Assembly (NCBI GenBank): GCA_020057295.1
Contig: JAGVGF010000002.1
Location: forward strand, 24,776-88,775
DNA from: an archaeon
Lineage (GTDB): Archaea; Nanobdellota; Nanobdellia; Woesearchaeales; UBA9642
Length of the DNA: 64,000 nucleotides
Direction: 5' to 3'
Part shown: in pieces, positions 9,463 to 19,491 of the stretch
How positions within the stretch are numbered: the first letter of the stretch is position 1
Layout of the letters: each line of letters starts with the position of its first letter
Notes under the pieces: model-generated
The model's input: the letters and a program-made list of their open reading frames with translations, nothing else
Told to the model about the DNA's origin: nothing
Databases searched by the model: none
Made by a program: the position numbers and the translations under genes

Positions 9463-10677
9463 TTATTTCATTTTGAGAATTTCTTTAGTCTTTTCTACGA
9501 ATATTTTAGCTTCCTCTTCTGTATTATACAAATAAAATGAAGCACGTGCACTTCCATCAATTTTATTATCATTAAACCATGAATGTACACAATGTCTTCC
9601 AGATCTAATCATTATGTTTGCATACGAGTCAAGCAACAATGCTACTTCATGATGGTCCATCTTATTTTTTGCATTAAATGAAAATATTCCTGATCTAAGT
9701 TTCGGATCTTGTGGTCCTAAAATGTTCACGTGAGTATTTAATCCTTCAGTAATTATCTTGTTAAGTTTTAATTCATGAACGTGTATATCATCAATATATT
9801 TCTTTAAATATTCTACTGCTGCTCCAAGTCCTATAAAACCTGCATAGTCTTGCAATCCTGCTTCGTAACGTTCTGGTAATTGTGTAAATGTTGCACCATC
9901 ATATGTTGTATCATCAACAGTACTTCCACCAGTAATAAATGGATCTAATCTATTCAAAAGTTCTTCTCTACCATATAATACTCCAGTACCGCTCGGACCG
10001 AGCATTTTATGACCAGAAAATGCTAAGAAGTCTACATCTAATTTTTTCACATCAACAGATTTATGCGGAACACCTTGTGCAGCATCAAGCATTACAACAG
10101 CATCATATTTACGTGCAATATTAACAATTTCTTTTAACGGAATACTTGTACCATCCATATTACTAGTTTGTACCATTGACACAAATGAACGATTACTATT
10201 AGATTTAGCATGTTTTAATACATGTTCAAAATGTTGCAAGTCAAAACCTTCTTTAGTACTGATTCTTTCTCTACGTAAACCTTGTTGTCTCGCGACTAGT
10301 TGCCACGGTATAAGATTAGAATTATGTTCCTTATCTGTAGATATTATTACATCACCTTTATGAAATTTAAAAGATTTAGCAACAAGATTAATACCCTCCG
10401 TAGTATTTTTCGTAAATATTATTTCCTTATCAGATTTTGCGTTAATAAATTTTCTAATGATAGAACGTGATTTACTAAATTCTTCAGTAGCCATTTTACT
10501 AAGTTTATGATGACTTCTTCCAGCACATGCAGGATAATTATAATAATACTCATTCATCTTTTCAATGACTTGTCTAGGTCTTAAAGTCATACAAGCATTA
10601 TCAAAATATATTATTGGCTTGCCATTTAAGCCATTCTTTAGAATCGGAAAATCTTCACGCACTTTTAAAACATTCAT
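9463..10677 (-). CDS. sufS: cysteine desulfurase (class V aminotransferase, SufS/NifS-like)
   Basis: 404 aa. PLP-lysine region FLAFSGHKMLGPSGTGVLYG and a C-terminal RSGRHCVHSW active-site Cys loop. Confidence 0.8.
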   Translation of the reverse strand: MNVLKVREDFPILKNGLNGKPIIYFDNACMTLRPRQVIEKMNEYYYNYPACAGRSHHKLSKMATEEFSKSRSIIRKFINAKSDKEIIFTKNTTEGINLVAKSFKFHKGDVIISTDKEHNSNLIPWQLVARQQGLRRERISTKEGFDLQHFEHVLKHAKSNSNRSFVSMVQTSNMDGTSIPLKEIVNIARKYDAVVMLDAAQGVPHKSVDVKKLDVDFLAFSGHKMLGPSGTGVLYGREELLNRLDPFITGGSTVDDTTYDGATFTQLPERYEAGLQDYAGFIGLGAAVEYLKKYIDDIHVHELKLNKIITEGLNTHVNILGPQDPKLRSGIFSFNAKNKMDHHEVALLLDSYANIMIRSGRHCVHSWFNDNKIDGSARASFYLYNTEEEAKIFVEKTKEILKMK

Positions 10678-10735
10678 AGAATAACATAATTATTAACGAT
10701 TTATATGTTTTATGGAATATACTGATTAGAAAAAT

Positions 10736-11116
10736 TTATTTCTTCTTTTTCTCATAATTAGTATATTTTAGCGCCTTACCCTTCGAGAGTTTTAAAGGAT
10801 ATTTCTTTTCAGATATCTTGAGCTTTTCTTCAGACGCCTTGGACAAATCTACATCCAAAACACGAGCTAGTATTAGTAGAAAATGTAATGTGTCTGCAAG
10901 TTCGTAACTTATTTCTTTTCTATTTGCCGCACTCTTAAGATATTCTTTTATTTCCTCATCAGTTTTGAATCTGAAATGTTCAAGAATCTCACCAGATTCT
11001 ATAGATAGTGCAATAGATACATCTTTTGGTGTGTGAAATTTATTCCAATCCCTAACTTTTAAGAATTTATCTAATGTGTCGCTCAATTCTGTTATAGTTG
11101 TTTTATTATCATTCAT
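10736..11116 (-). CDS. MazG-like nucleotide pyrophosphohydrolase
   Basis: 126 aa. EILEHFRF...ELADTLHFLLILA resembles the EExxE/D metal-binding helices of the MazG/dUTPase-like family. Confidence 0.5.
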   Translation of the reverse strand: MNDNKTTITELSDTLDKFLKVRDWNKFHTPKDVSIALSIESGEILEHFRFKTDEEIKEYLKSAANRKEISYELADTLHFLLILARVLDVDLSKASEEKLKISEKKYPLKLSKGKALKYTNYEKKKK

Positions 11117-11130
11117 TTTCTAGTAAATAT

Positions 11131-12099
11131 TTATTTCCAGAACTCCCACCAAGAAATTCCAAGTTCTTTGTTTATTATTTTCTTGAATTCTGAATAATCT
11201 TTAGCTCCAACTAGTGATTGATTGTTAATGAAGAATGTTGGTGTGACAGTGATTCCTAGTGCTATGCCTTCACTGTATGTCTGTTCAACTAATGATTTAT
11301 ACTTTCCGCTGTTCAAGCATTCTGAAAATTGTGTATCATTCAGTCCAAGGTCTTTAGCATATCCTTTCAGATCTTCATCGAATTGTCGTTGTTGATTTGC
11401 AAACAAATATTCTCTATACTCCCAATATCTTCCTTGATCAAGAGCGCAATGTGCAGCTTCGGTTGCTGGTTCCGCTGTCTCATGAGTTCCTCGAAGCGGA
11501 AAATCTTTGTAGATATATAAGATATTGTCACCGTATTTTTTTATTAATCTCTTTACTGTAGGTTCTGCAAGTTTTGTGTAATGACACGAGTAGCAACCGT
11601 ATTCTATAATAACTACTCCTGCCTGTGGATTACCGATATATGCGCCGTCAGTTATGGTTATGTTTTTTGGAGCAGTAAGTACAGCTCCTATGCTGTGTCC
11701 AGGAATTGCACAAATGGATCCTTCAGTTGTAGTATTTACTGGTTTAGTAGTTCCAAGTGGATCATATATGCAGAAACCACCTTGAGGACCATTACAATTA
11801 CCATAAACTGCATAATTGTATAATCCTAATCCCATAAAGTATAATGTAACTAATGTTAATATTAAAAATATCCATGAGAATACTTCAAAATATTTGTAAG
11901 CTATTCTTCCAAGCCTTGGAGAAAATTTTAGAAAACTTCCACTAATTTGACTTTTTAATCTTATATCGAGGCCAGTATCACACTTTCTTAACGTTATTTT
12001 CTTAAAAACACAATTAAATGCTTCCTTAGCAATAATTCTATATTTTACACTAAATATTCCAAGAATTCCGAATACAATTAATGCTATAATGCAAATCAT
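11131..12099 (-). CDS. membrane-anchored DsbA-like thiol:disulfide oxidoreductase (CYSC active site)
   Basis: 322 aa. N-terminal TM helices and Cys-rich loops, then a thioredoxin-fold domain with GCYSCHY (CxxC). Confidence 0.55.
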   Translation of the reverse strand: MICIIALIVFGILGIFSVKYRIIAKEAFNCVFKKITLRKCDTGLDIRLKSQISGSFLKFSPRLGRIAYKYFEVFSWIFLILTLVTLYFMGLGLYNYAVYGNCNGPQGGFCIYDPLGTTKPVNTTTEGSICAIPGHSIGAVLTAPKNITITDGAYIGNPQAGVVIIEYGCYSCHYTKLAEPTVKRLIKKYGDNILYIYKDFPLRGTHETAEPATEAAHCALDQGRYWEYREYLFANQQRQFDEDLKGYAKDLGLNDTQFSECLNSGKYKSLVEQTYSEGIALGITVTPTFFINNQSLVGAKDYSEFKKIINKELGISWWEFWK

Positions 12100-12177
12100 A
12101 ATAATTGATTACCTTTATCTATTTATTAAATTAATGAAAATATTAAAGAACTAAAATAAAAGAAAAAATAATTGCGT

Positions 12178-13281
12178 TTATACGCCGCATCCTGCCGCAT
12201 TTGCTGCACCGACACTATCATATCCAAATCCTGCTCCAGGTGGTGTTGCACTTAATTGTGTTTGACACTCTGCTGGTGCATTATTGAATGCTCCACATAT
12301 TCCTGCTAAGAAACTTGCTGAATCTCTTCCAGCATTAGATTGAACACCGTTAATTACTAGTGTTGGACTTCCGCCTACACCATATTTTGTGTTCAATGCT
12401 GCATCTGTATCGAATTTAGGGAATTGACCGCTTAGCCATGATGCCTTATCCTGGAAATTCTTTGTAATACCAAATTCTGTATCAGCTGCAACTTTACATG
12501 CATCTAATTTTGTTTTATCAACACCAGTGCTTGCAATACATGAAGTAATTGCTGAGTCGCTTCCTTGTCCAACGCTATCGTTTAAGAAACATGCTAAATA
12601 TTTTAAGTATTTATCTGGCTGTTCTTTTTGTATACAGTATTGATTTAAGTTTTCTTTAACTTCTTTTTCACCGTGCATTGCATAATATACAAATCTTATT
12701 TTAAAGTCTACTTTATCACCAAGTGTTCTTACTGCAGGCAATATTCCTTTTTCAGCTTGAGTACCGAATGGACAGTATGCCATTACAAATAATTCAACAG
12801 TTGGTTTATCTGTTTTTGGAACTACTGTTGGTTGCTGTGCCGCGGCTGCTGCTGCAGGTTGTACTGGTGCTGTCATATCAATTGCTGAAGGGAATAGTAA
12901 TGAACCATCCTTAGAAGCATATGAATTATATGGTCTACCAGCTACAGTCAAATTAATTTGGTATAATGAACCAGTATCTGTAACACTGTCAACTGTAAAA
13001 GTTTGACCTGCTACAGCATTCTTTAAATATGTTTCAGTCTTAGCTTTAACATCTGATGCACTTAAAGTTTTTCCAGTAACACTTGTACTACCGGAACTGC
13101 CGCCAAAGCCGCTAGTTGCTATAGATGCTATAAATAATACCAGCAATACTACACTTACTGCTCCTAGAATCCATGTAGCAGTCTGATAAGTCTGATGTTT
13201 CCTATGCTGTTCATGTTCAATGTATTTATGTTTATGTTCATGCTCATGTTTTGCATGTTTTTCAGAATCTTCTTCACTCAT
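12178..13281 (-). CDS. exported His-rich/thioredoxin-like protein (degenerate CPFG motif)
   Basis: 367 aa. N-terminal HEHEHKHK...HEQHRKH stretch, one TM, Ser/Thr-rich linker, AYCPFGTQ thioredoxin-like motif with a single Cys, and several C-terminal Cys pairs. Confidence 0.4.
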   Translation of the reverse strand: MSEEDSEKHAKHEHEHKHKYIEHEQHRKHQTYQTATWILGAVSVVLLVLFIASIATSGFGGSSGSTSVTGKTLSASDVKAKTETYLKNAVAGQTFTVDSVTDTGSLYQINLTVAGRPYNSYASKDGSLLFPSAIDMTAPVQPAAAAAAQQPTVVPKTDKPTVELFVMAYCPFGTQAEKGILPAVRTLGDKVDFKIRFVYYAMHGEKEVKENLNQYCIQKEQPDKYLKYLACFLNDSVGQGSDSAITSCIASTGVDKTKLDACKVAADTEFGITKNFQDKASWLSGQFPKFDTDAALNTKYGVGGSPTLVINGVQSNAGRDSASFLAGICGAFNNAPAECQTQLSATPPGAGFGYDSVGAANAAGCGV

Positions 13282-13460
13282 ATAAATTCACCCCAAACGC
13301 TTATCTCTATAAAGTCAGTATTGTAAAATAATGCCATACGACCCTTATGTACGAATATTAAAGCTTTATTTATATATTTTGTGAAAATTAGAGTATACAT
13401 GGGGAGTATCCAAAAATATACCTTGTTATAGTAAACTTTAAAATATGAATAGTATAAGAT

Positions 13461-14279
13461 GTGTATATGGTTGAAAGTTTTAAGGATTCAATGTTTATGC
13501 ATACTGTGCGTGCCATAAAATCTAATCCGTTAATCTATTCTAAAATTGTATTAGCATACCTTATACTTTTTGTATTAATATTATTTGTTAACAGATTTAC
13601 TAACTTGTTAATTCCAAATGTTACAGATTATATTTTATCTAAATTGATTACTTATAATAGTGATATTTTATTAAGAGTCTTATTATTATTACTATACATA
13701 ATATTTTTTATACTATTAATTATGGTATATTCATTGTTTACATTAACAATTCTAGGATATGTTAGATCATTAACTGCAAAATATAAGCACGATTTCAGAT
13801 TATTCAATAAGATGTTTTCATTAAATATAGTATTAACACTCTTATTCTTATTACTATTATTTTTTGTAATGCCTGGAGTATTATCTGTAATTAGTACTAA
13901 TGCATGGCTCACTGGAATAATTGTTGTAATGATTATAACAATATTTTTATTATATTATATATTCTTCAATTTTGTACAATCATTATTCATCATGGGTTTG
14001 CCTTTTAGAGATAATTTACATCATAGTTCTAGAGCATTAATTAGTAAAGCATATTATGGTGTGTTGCTAGTAACGTTCACAATACTATTAATATATGTAG
14101 CAACATATGCGCTATTAGGAGTACTATTTGAGTATTATATATCGCAACATTATAACACATTTTTAAATGTGTCAACATATTTATCACTGATATTATTGTC
14201 GTTTCTGTTAGCATTCAATAATGTGTACTTCTATTTTATTACAAAACACAGAGTTGTGAAAAAAATCAAGAAGAGATAA
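13461..14279 (+). CDS. polytopic membrane protein, unknown function
   Basis: 272 aa, strongly hydrophobic throughout. Confidence 0.4.
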   Translation: MYMVESFKDSMFMHTVRAIKSNPLIYSKIVLAYLILFVLILFVNRFTNLLIPNVTDYILSKLITYNSDILLRVLLLLLYIIFFILLIMVYSLFTLTILGYVRSLTAKYKHDFRLFNKMFSLNIVLTLLFLLLLFFVMPGVLSVISTNAWLTGIIVVMIITIFLLYYIFFNFVQSLFIMGLPFRDNLHHSSRALISKAYYGVLLVTFTILLIYVATYALLGVLFEYYISQHYNTFLNVSTYLSLILLSFLLAFNNVYFYFITKHRVVKKIKKR

Positions 14280-14307
14280 ATTCTAGAATAATATTACTAT
14301 ACAGATT

Positions 14308-14940
14308 TTATCTAAATAAATGACTTCCCATAACTACAATATCTGCTCCTGCATCTGAACATTTTTCAGCTATGATATTATCTATTCCGCCATCAACTTC
14401 TATAAGATAATGATATTTATGTTTCTCACGTAATTCATTCAGTTTTTTGATTTTGTTTATGCTATGTTCTATAAATTTTTGTCCAGGAAGACCAGGGTGT
14501 ACACTCATTACAAGCACAAGATCAATCTTATCAAGATGTTTTACATGCTCTACAGCTGTGTCCGGATTAATACTTATTCCAACAAATTTTTTGTTCTTAT
14601 GCAAAAATTCTATAGTTGTAGGGAAATCACTCTTTAAAACTTCATTATGTATTATAAACATATCAGCAAGTATAAAAAAATCTTTCAAATACTTCTTATA
14701 ATCTACAACCATTAAATGAGCTTCTTTTTTCTGTGCACATTTAATCTTGTGAACCATTTGAGGAGTAAAAGAGTTATATTTAACAAACACTCCATCCTCA
14801 ATATCTAAGTGTAGAATCTGAAATTTATCTGACTTATTTTTTAGTGCATTATTGATTTTGTCGATCATCACATTGTCTGATTCCTTAAGAGCTTTAGCCT
14901 TAAATAAGAATCCTAATATTGATGCGCTAACTCTAACCAT
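14308..14940 (-). CDS. rpe: ribulose-phosphate 3-epimerase
   Basis: 210 aa with VLVMSVHPGLPGQKFI and IEVDGGI motifs of RPE (TIM-barrel metal/substrate sites). Confidence 0.75.
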   Translation of the reverse strand: MVRVSASILGFLFKAKALKESDNVMIDKINNALKNKSDKFQILHLDIEDGVFVKYNSFTPQMVHKIKCAQKKEAHLMVVDYKKYLKDFFILADMFIIHNEVLKSDFPTTIEFLHKNKKFVGISINPDTAVEHVKHLDKIDLVLVMSVHPGLPGQKFIEHSINKIKKLNELREKHKYHYLIEVDGGIDNIIAEKCSDAGADIVVMGSHLFR

Positions 14941-15065
14941 TTCATCATTGAATAGATTTTACTTTATTAATTTTGTTAAACTGCTCATTAAACATAATAT
15001 ATAATTATATCATTATTAAACTTTATATATTACTTGTTTCATGAACTCAGTTAAGGTGATTACAG

Positions 15066-15509
15066 TTGAAAATTAACAAAAAGGTCGGTCATGTTCTAGG
15101 ATTTATAGCTGCAGACCATCGAGGATATAAGTTAAAAGAATATTTAAAAGAGAAATTTCCTCTGATTGATTTAGGGACTTTTGAGGGAGAAAAATCTGTT
15201 GATTATCCTGATTACATAAAAAAACTAACTAAGTACGTTCTGAAAGAAAAATCTCGAGGAATAGTAATCTGTGGGACAGGCATGGGTGTTAGTATGGCTG
15301 CGAATCGTGTTAAAGGAATAAGAGCAGGACTATGTAGAACAACAGATGATGCATACATGTCGCGATATCACAATAATGCAAATGTTCTAGCTTTAGGAGA
15401 AGATGTTACCACACCTAAAGATGCCGAAAGAATTGCAAAAAAATTTTTTGATACAGAATTCTCAAGCGAATTAAGACATAAACGTAGAATAAAGAAGATG
15501 GACAAATGA
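15066..15509 (+). CDS. rpiB: ribose-5-phosphate isomerase B (RpiB/LacAB family), probable TTG start
   Basis: 147 aa. GFIAADHRGYKLKEYL near the N-terminus and a GICGTGMG active-site region. Stop overlaps the next ORF (ATGA). Confidence 0.7.
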   Translation: MKINKKVGHVLGFIAADHRGYKLKEYLKEKFPLIDLGTFEGEKSVDYPDYIKKLTKYVLKEKSRGIVICGTGMGVSMAANRVKGIRAGLCRTTDDAYMSRYHNNANVLALGEDVTTPKDAERIAKKFFDTEFSSELRHKRRIKKMDK

Positions 15510-15970
15510 AAGAATCATTGAATACTGATATTAAACCAAAAAATAAATATATTCATTATTTAGGATATTCATTCCTAATTGCATTCCTTTGGCAGATCGT
15601 CGGCCATGAAAATTATAGTTATAGTGTAGCATTTCCAGTAATATTTGGAATAAACACATATCCTTTACTTGTCTGGACACTAGGATTATGGATATTCGCA
15701 ATATTCTTTACGTTCTTGTCCGCAAAATTTTCAAAATGGAAATTAGTAATATTTTCTATAGTACTTTACTGGATAGTGTTAATATCTTCAGAAACAATTG
15801 CTTATCACTATTTTGGATTTAGAGATACTGCAGTAGCATCTTATCCTGGACTTCCATTATGTGATTGTATACACGGACCATTATGGATGCAAATAGTATA
15901 TTTATTGATGGGTCCTATATTGATTGGAGTGTTATTATTTGTTGATAAATCTATTAAATTTAAAGAATAA
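15506..15970 (+). CDS. membrane protein, unknown function
   Basis: 154 aa, 4-5 hydrophobic helices. Translationally coupled to rpiB. Confidence 0.4.
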   Translation: MKESLNTDIKPKNKYIHYLGYSFLIAFLWQIVGHENYSYSVAFPVIFGINTYPLLVWTLGLWIFAIFFTFLSAKFSKWKLVIFSIVLYWIVLISSETIAYHYFGFRDTAVASYPGLPLCDCIHGPLWMQIVYLLMGPILIGVLLFVDKSIKFKE

Positions 15971-15980
15971 TTTTTAATAA

Positions 15981-17126
15981 TTATTTTCTTTTTCCACCAA
16001 ACATTTTATTTAATACATCATCCATTTGTGCTTTTTGTTGTGGAGTCATTTTAGTAATTCTGTTTCTTGGATCTTTATCATTTGATACTCTAGTTTCTGC
16101 TACGCGTATTTTGTCTGCTTCTGGACTTTCCTTCTTTAAACTCTTGTCAATGCCGTTAATGTCTTTCATTATATCATCTACTTCTCGAAGGCCAGAGCTT
16201 CTATCCTTGAACTTTATTACATCATAACAATATTCTGTAATATTTTCAGCAGTAAGTCCAAATTTTTCGAAAAGTTCAGCTGATTTTCCTGATTCTCCAA
16301 ATTCATCTCTTATTCCTAAGATTTTTATTGGAACCTTTGATAATGATAACGCTTCAACAACTGCACTTCCTAATCCACCATATATTGAATGTTCTTCAAC
16401 TGTAACAACAGCCTTACATTTTTGCGCCTGTTTTAATAATGCTTCTTTATCTAAAGGTTTTATTGTATGCATATTCATTACTGTCGCGCTTACTCCTTGA
16501 TCTTCTAGCATTTTTGCTGCACGTAATGCTTCATTAACCATTAATCCACATGCAACAATAAGTACATCATGTCCATCTTTCAAAATGTTTGCCTTACCAA
16601 TTTTAAAATCAGAATACTCGTGAGTTATTACAGCACCAGGTTCTCTAGATAATCTTAAATAACATGGTCCATTAATCTTAACAATTCCATCTAAAGCCTT
16701 CTGAGCTTCTAGAGCATCACATGGAACAACAACAGTAAAGTTTGGCATAGTTCTAAATAATGAAATATCTTCTTCACACATTTGACTAACGCCATCCATT
16801 CCAAGATTTATGCCAGCATAATGTCCCACAATCTTAACGTTAGATTTATTTATTGCAATAAGTCTTATTTGTTCATGTCCCCTTAAACAGAATGCAGCAA
16901 AAGTATTTGTAATAGGAATTTTATCTTCCAAACCTAATCCGTTAGCAATTCCAAACATATCCTGCTCAGAAATTCCTACTTGAATAAAACGTTCAGGATA
17001 TTTATCAACAAACTCCTTAACACCAGAAGATTTAGCCAAATCCGCAGTAAGTACAACAATGTTAGGATTATCTAACTCTGCAAGTTTCTTTCCATATCCA
17101 TCACGTGTTGAGATTTTAGCTAACAT
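15981..17126 (-). CDS. tktC: transketolase, C-terminal section (with about 70-aa charged C-terminal extension)
   Basis: 381 aa matching the pyrimidine-binding/C-terminal transketolase domains (GISEQDMFGIANGL...), followed by a Lys/Asp/Glu-rich tail. Confidence 0.8.
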   Translation of the reverse strand: MLAKISTRDGYGKKLAELDNPNIVVLTADLAKSSGVKEFVDKYPERFIQVGISEQDMFGIANGLGLEDKIPITNTFAAFCLRGHEQIRLIAINKSNVKIVGHYAGINLGMDGVSQMCEEDISLFRTMPNFTVVVPCDALEAQKALDGIVKINGPCYLRLSREPGAVITHEYSDFKIGKANILKDGHDVLIVACGLMVNEALRAAKMLEDQGVSATVMNMHTIKPLDKEALLKQAQKCKAVVTVEEHSIYGGLGSAVVEALSLSKVPIKILGIRDEFGESGKSAELFEKFGLTAENITEYCYDVIKFKDRSSGLREVDDIMKDINGIDKSLKKESPEADKIRVAETRVSNDKDPRNRITKMTPQQKAQMDDVLNKMFGGKRK

Positions 17127-17155
17127 TTTAATCTTATTTTTTTATTTCTATCTCA

Positions 17156-17770
17156 TCATTTTTTCCCATTAGTTTTTGTTGCATAGTTTGTTATTGCAAT
17201 TGCGAGTATTAGTACGTTGAATGCACTTCCTATTAATGCGTTTAGGACCGCTACGGTTTTATTTAATCCCATAGGGCATATGTCTCCATACCCTACTGTG
17301 AAAAATGTTATTGCACTAAAATATGGGTAATGGAATGTTTTAATTACTAGATTAGGATCATTTAACATTGTGTCTTTTGTAATTGATGTATTATCTATGC
17401 ATTCTCCGTATCTTAGATATCCTGTTCCTGTAAGTGCGATTCCCCAGTATGCTATTGCAAATAATACTATAATAAACAGTACTGATGTTACATATCCGAT
17501 AAGTATTTCTCTTATTGTTAATTCATGATGTAGTAGCTTTGCGATGTTCATCTGCACTCTACTCACTAGAAAAGATATGAAATATGCTAATAATACAAAA
17601 CCTATTATTACCGAAACTGTTCCCTGATTTATTACAAGAAATATTATGCTAAGAATATATAATGTAATGAATGTTATGAAAAAATGATTTAACGATAAAT
17701 TCCATATTCTTCTAAATAGTCCTATATTTTCTTTTATTTTTCTATTTGCTTCATTTATTTTCTTTATCAT
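17156..17770 (-). CDS. potassium channel (2TM/P-loop type, TVGYGD selectivity filter)
   Basis: 204 aa. FTVGYGD pore signature between hydrophobic helices. Start overlaps the tktN stop by 4 nt. Confidence 0.65.
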   Translation of the reverse strand: MIKKINEANRKIKENIGLFRRIWNLSLNHFFITFITLYILSIIFLVINQGTVSVIIGFVLLAYFISFLVSRVQMNIAKLLHHELTIREILIGYVTSVLFIIVLFAIAYWGIALTGTGYLRYGECIDNTSITKDTMLNDPNLVIKTFHYPYFSAITFFTVGYGDICPMGLNKTVAVLNALIGSAFNVLILAIAITNYATKTNGKK

Positions 17771-18600
17771 TCTGATTCTAACTCCTTTAACGCTTTCTGA
17801 TATTCTTCATCATTAGGAGCTTTACCGTGCCATTCAGCAGTGTTCTCCATAAATGAGACTCCTTTACCTTTGATTGTATTAGCTAGTATTATTACGTTCT
17901 TTCCTTTATCACTTAATGTTTTTGCAAAATTATATGTATTAATTAATTCATTAATATCATGTCCATCAACTTCTAACACTTCATAATTGAATGCCTTAAA
18001 TTTAGCATTCAGTGGTTCAAGATTCTTTACATCAATGTTTGAGCCATCTAATTGCACTTTATTATTATCGACAATTATTATAAGATTACTTAAATTATAT
18101 TTTTGTATTGTTGCAAGAGATTCCCATATTTGACCCTCGTTTAATTCTCCGTCACCAAGCATACAATATATTTTAGCTGAATTATTATCTAATCGTAACG
18201 CAAATGCTTTACCAGCAGCAATAGATAATCCTTGACCTAAGCTTCCACTGGTTGTTTCCATTAATGGAAATTTACTCTTATCAGGATGCCCTTGTAGTCT
18301 TGAATTAATCTTTCTAAAATTTAATAATTCGTCAGGATCAAAATATCCTGCATGCGCAAGTACAGCGTAATATGCTGGAGTACAATGTCCCTTACTTAAT
18401 ATGAATCTATCTCTTGTTTTATCTGCTAAATGTTCAGGATCATGATTCATAGCATTAAAGAATAATGTGACAAGCAATTCCGTTGCCGAAAAAGAACCAC
18501 CAATATGTCCAGAACCAGCATTATATACCATTAACAGTATATCTCTACGAACTTCTCTACAAACAGAAGCTAACTCACCCACATCATCAATTCTATGCAT
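17767..18600 (-). CDS. tktN: transketolase, N-terminal section
   Basis: 277 aa. SGHIGGSFS TPP-binding motif and GDGELNEGQ(IW)E region. Confidence 0.8.
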   Translation of the reverse strand: MHRIDDVGELASVCREVRRDILLMVYNAGSGHIGGSFSATELLVTLFFNAMNHDPEHLADKTRDRFILSKGHCTPAYYAVLAHAGYFDPDELLNFRKINSRLQGHPDKSKFPLMETTSGSLGQGLSIAAGKAFALRLDNNSAKIYCMLGDGELNEGQIWESLATIQKYNLSNLIIIVDNNKVQLDGSNIDVKNLEPLNAKFKAFNYEVLEVDGHDINELINTYNFAKTLSDKGKNVIILANTIKGKGVSFMENTAEWHGKAPNDEEYQKALKELESE

Positions 18601-18715
18601 ATACCATTATGTAAAAAAGATTATTTATATAGTTAGCGTTTTAATATGATTTATCCTTAATTATTAAATAGAAAAATAAAATAATAATACACAAAAACTA
18701 GAGAATTTTTCGTGT

Positions 18716-18868
18716 TTACTCTTCGTCAGCAAATTTCTTTATCAAATCAAAGTGTTCTACTATTAATTTTGCTTTTGCCTTTCCAAACTGGAATGGATAT
18801 TGATCATTATCATCTTTCTTTAATATAATCATCTTATGCCCTTTAAACTCGCCATAATCTACTCCCAT
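18716..18868 (-). CDS. small ORF (50 aa), hypothetical
   Basis: Hand translation MGVDYGEFKGHKMIILKKDDNDQYPFQFGKAKAKLIVEHFDLIKKFADEE. Below the ORF-track cutoff. Sits in a 440-bp divergent intergenic region. Confidence 0.25.
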   Translation of the reverse strand: MGVDYGEFKGHKMIILKKDDNDQYPFQFGKAKAKLIVEHFDLIKKFADEE

Positions 18869-19039
18869 GATATCACCCTAAATAGTTTTTAGTTAAGAAT
18901 TAGTCATGGACTTTTAAATTTAATGATTGAAAAATAATAAAAGATATATTAAGTATACTTACTATATAATTTCATAAAATTTAAATATACCTAAAAAGTC
19001 CATATTTCAAGGTGAATACGTATAAATCACACTTTTGAC

Positions 19040-19438
19040 ATGGCTAATACAAAGGATAATTTTAAAAAATTTGCACCTATAATACTAAGATACGGGATAG
19101 GATTAGTATACTTATGGTTTGGTATAAGTCAGTTATTAAGTCCTGAAAATTTTGTCGGATATCTACCGGATTTTATCTTTAATTCAAGTTATGCTACTAC
19201 TTTCGTCATTATTAATGGGATATTTGAGATAATTGCTTCAATACTATTACTATCAGGTATTTTTACAAGGATAGTTGCAATACTTTTAGCTTTACATTTA
19301 CTTGCAATAACAATTGATGTGGGCTATGGTGAAATCGGTGTAAGAGATTTCGGTTTAACAATAGCTACTATAACGATATTTTTATGGGGTGAAGATGAAT
19401 GGTGTATGGAGAAAAAATGGAAAAAGACAAACAATTAA
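19040..19438 (+). CDS. DoxX-family membrane protein
   Basis: 132 aa, 4 TM, typical DoxX size and topology. Confidence 0.5.
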   Translation: MANTKDNFKKFAPIILRYGIGLVYLWFGISQLLSPENFVGYLPDFIFNSSYATTFVIINGIFEIIASILLLSGIFTRIVAILLALHLLAITIDVGYGEIGVRDFGLTIATITIFLWGEDEWCMEKKWKKTNN

Positions 19439-19491
19439 TTTCGGTTCCGATATTTTCGGAAAAACCTGTTAATGAAAAAAATGAAAATTTT

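Noticed and set aside
15981-18600. Transketolase as a disrupted pseudogene
   Set aside because: Separate N- and C-terminal transketolase genes are the normal archaeal arrangement. Both halves are full length with intact motifs.
19399-19491. Long N-terminal extension of the lipoprotein ORF overlapping the DoxX gene
   Set aside because: The signal peptide with the LITGC motif begins at the internal Met (19492). The upstream extension overlaps doxX and is probably not translated.
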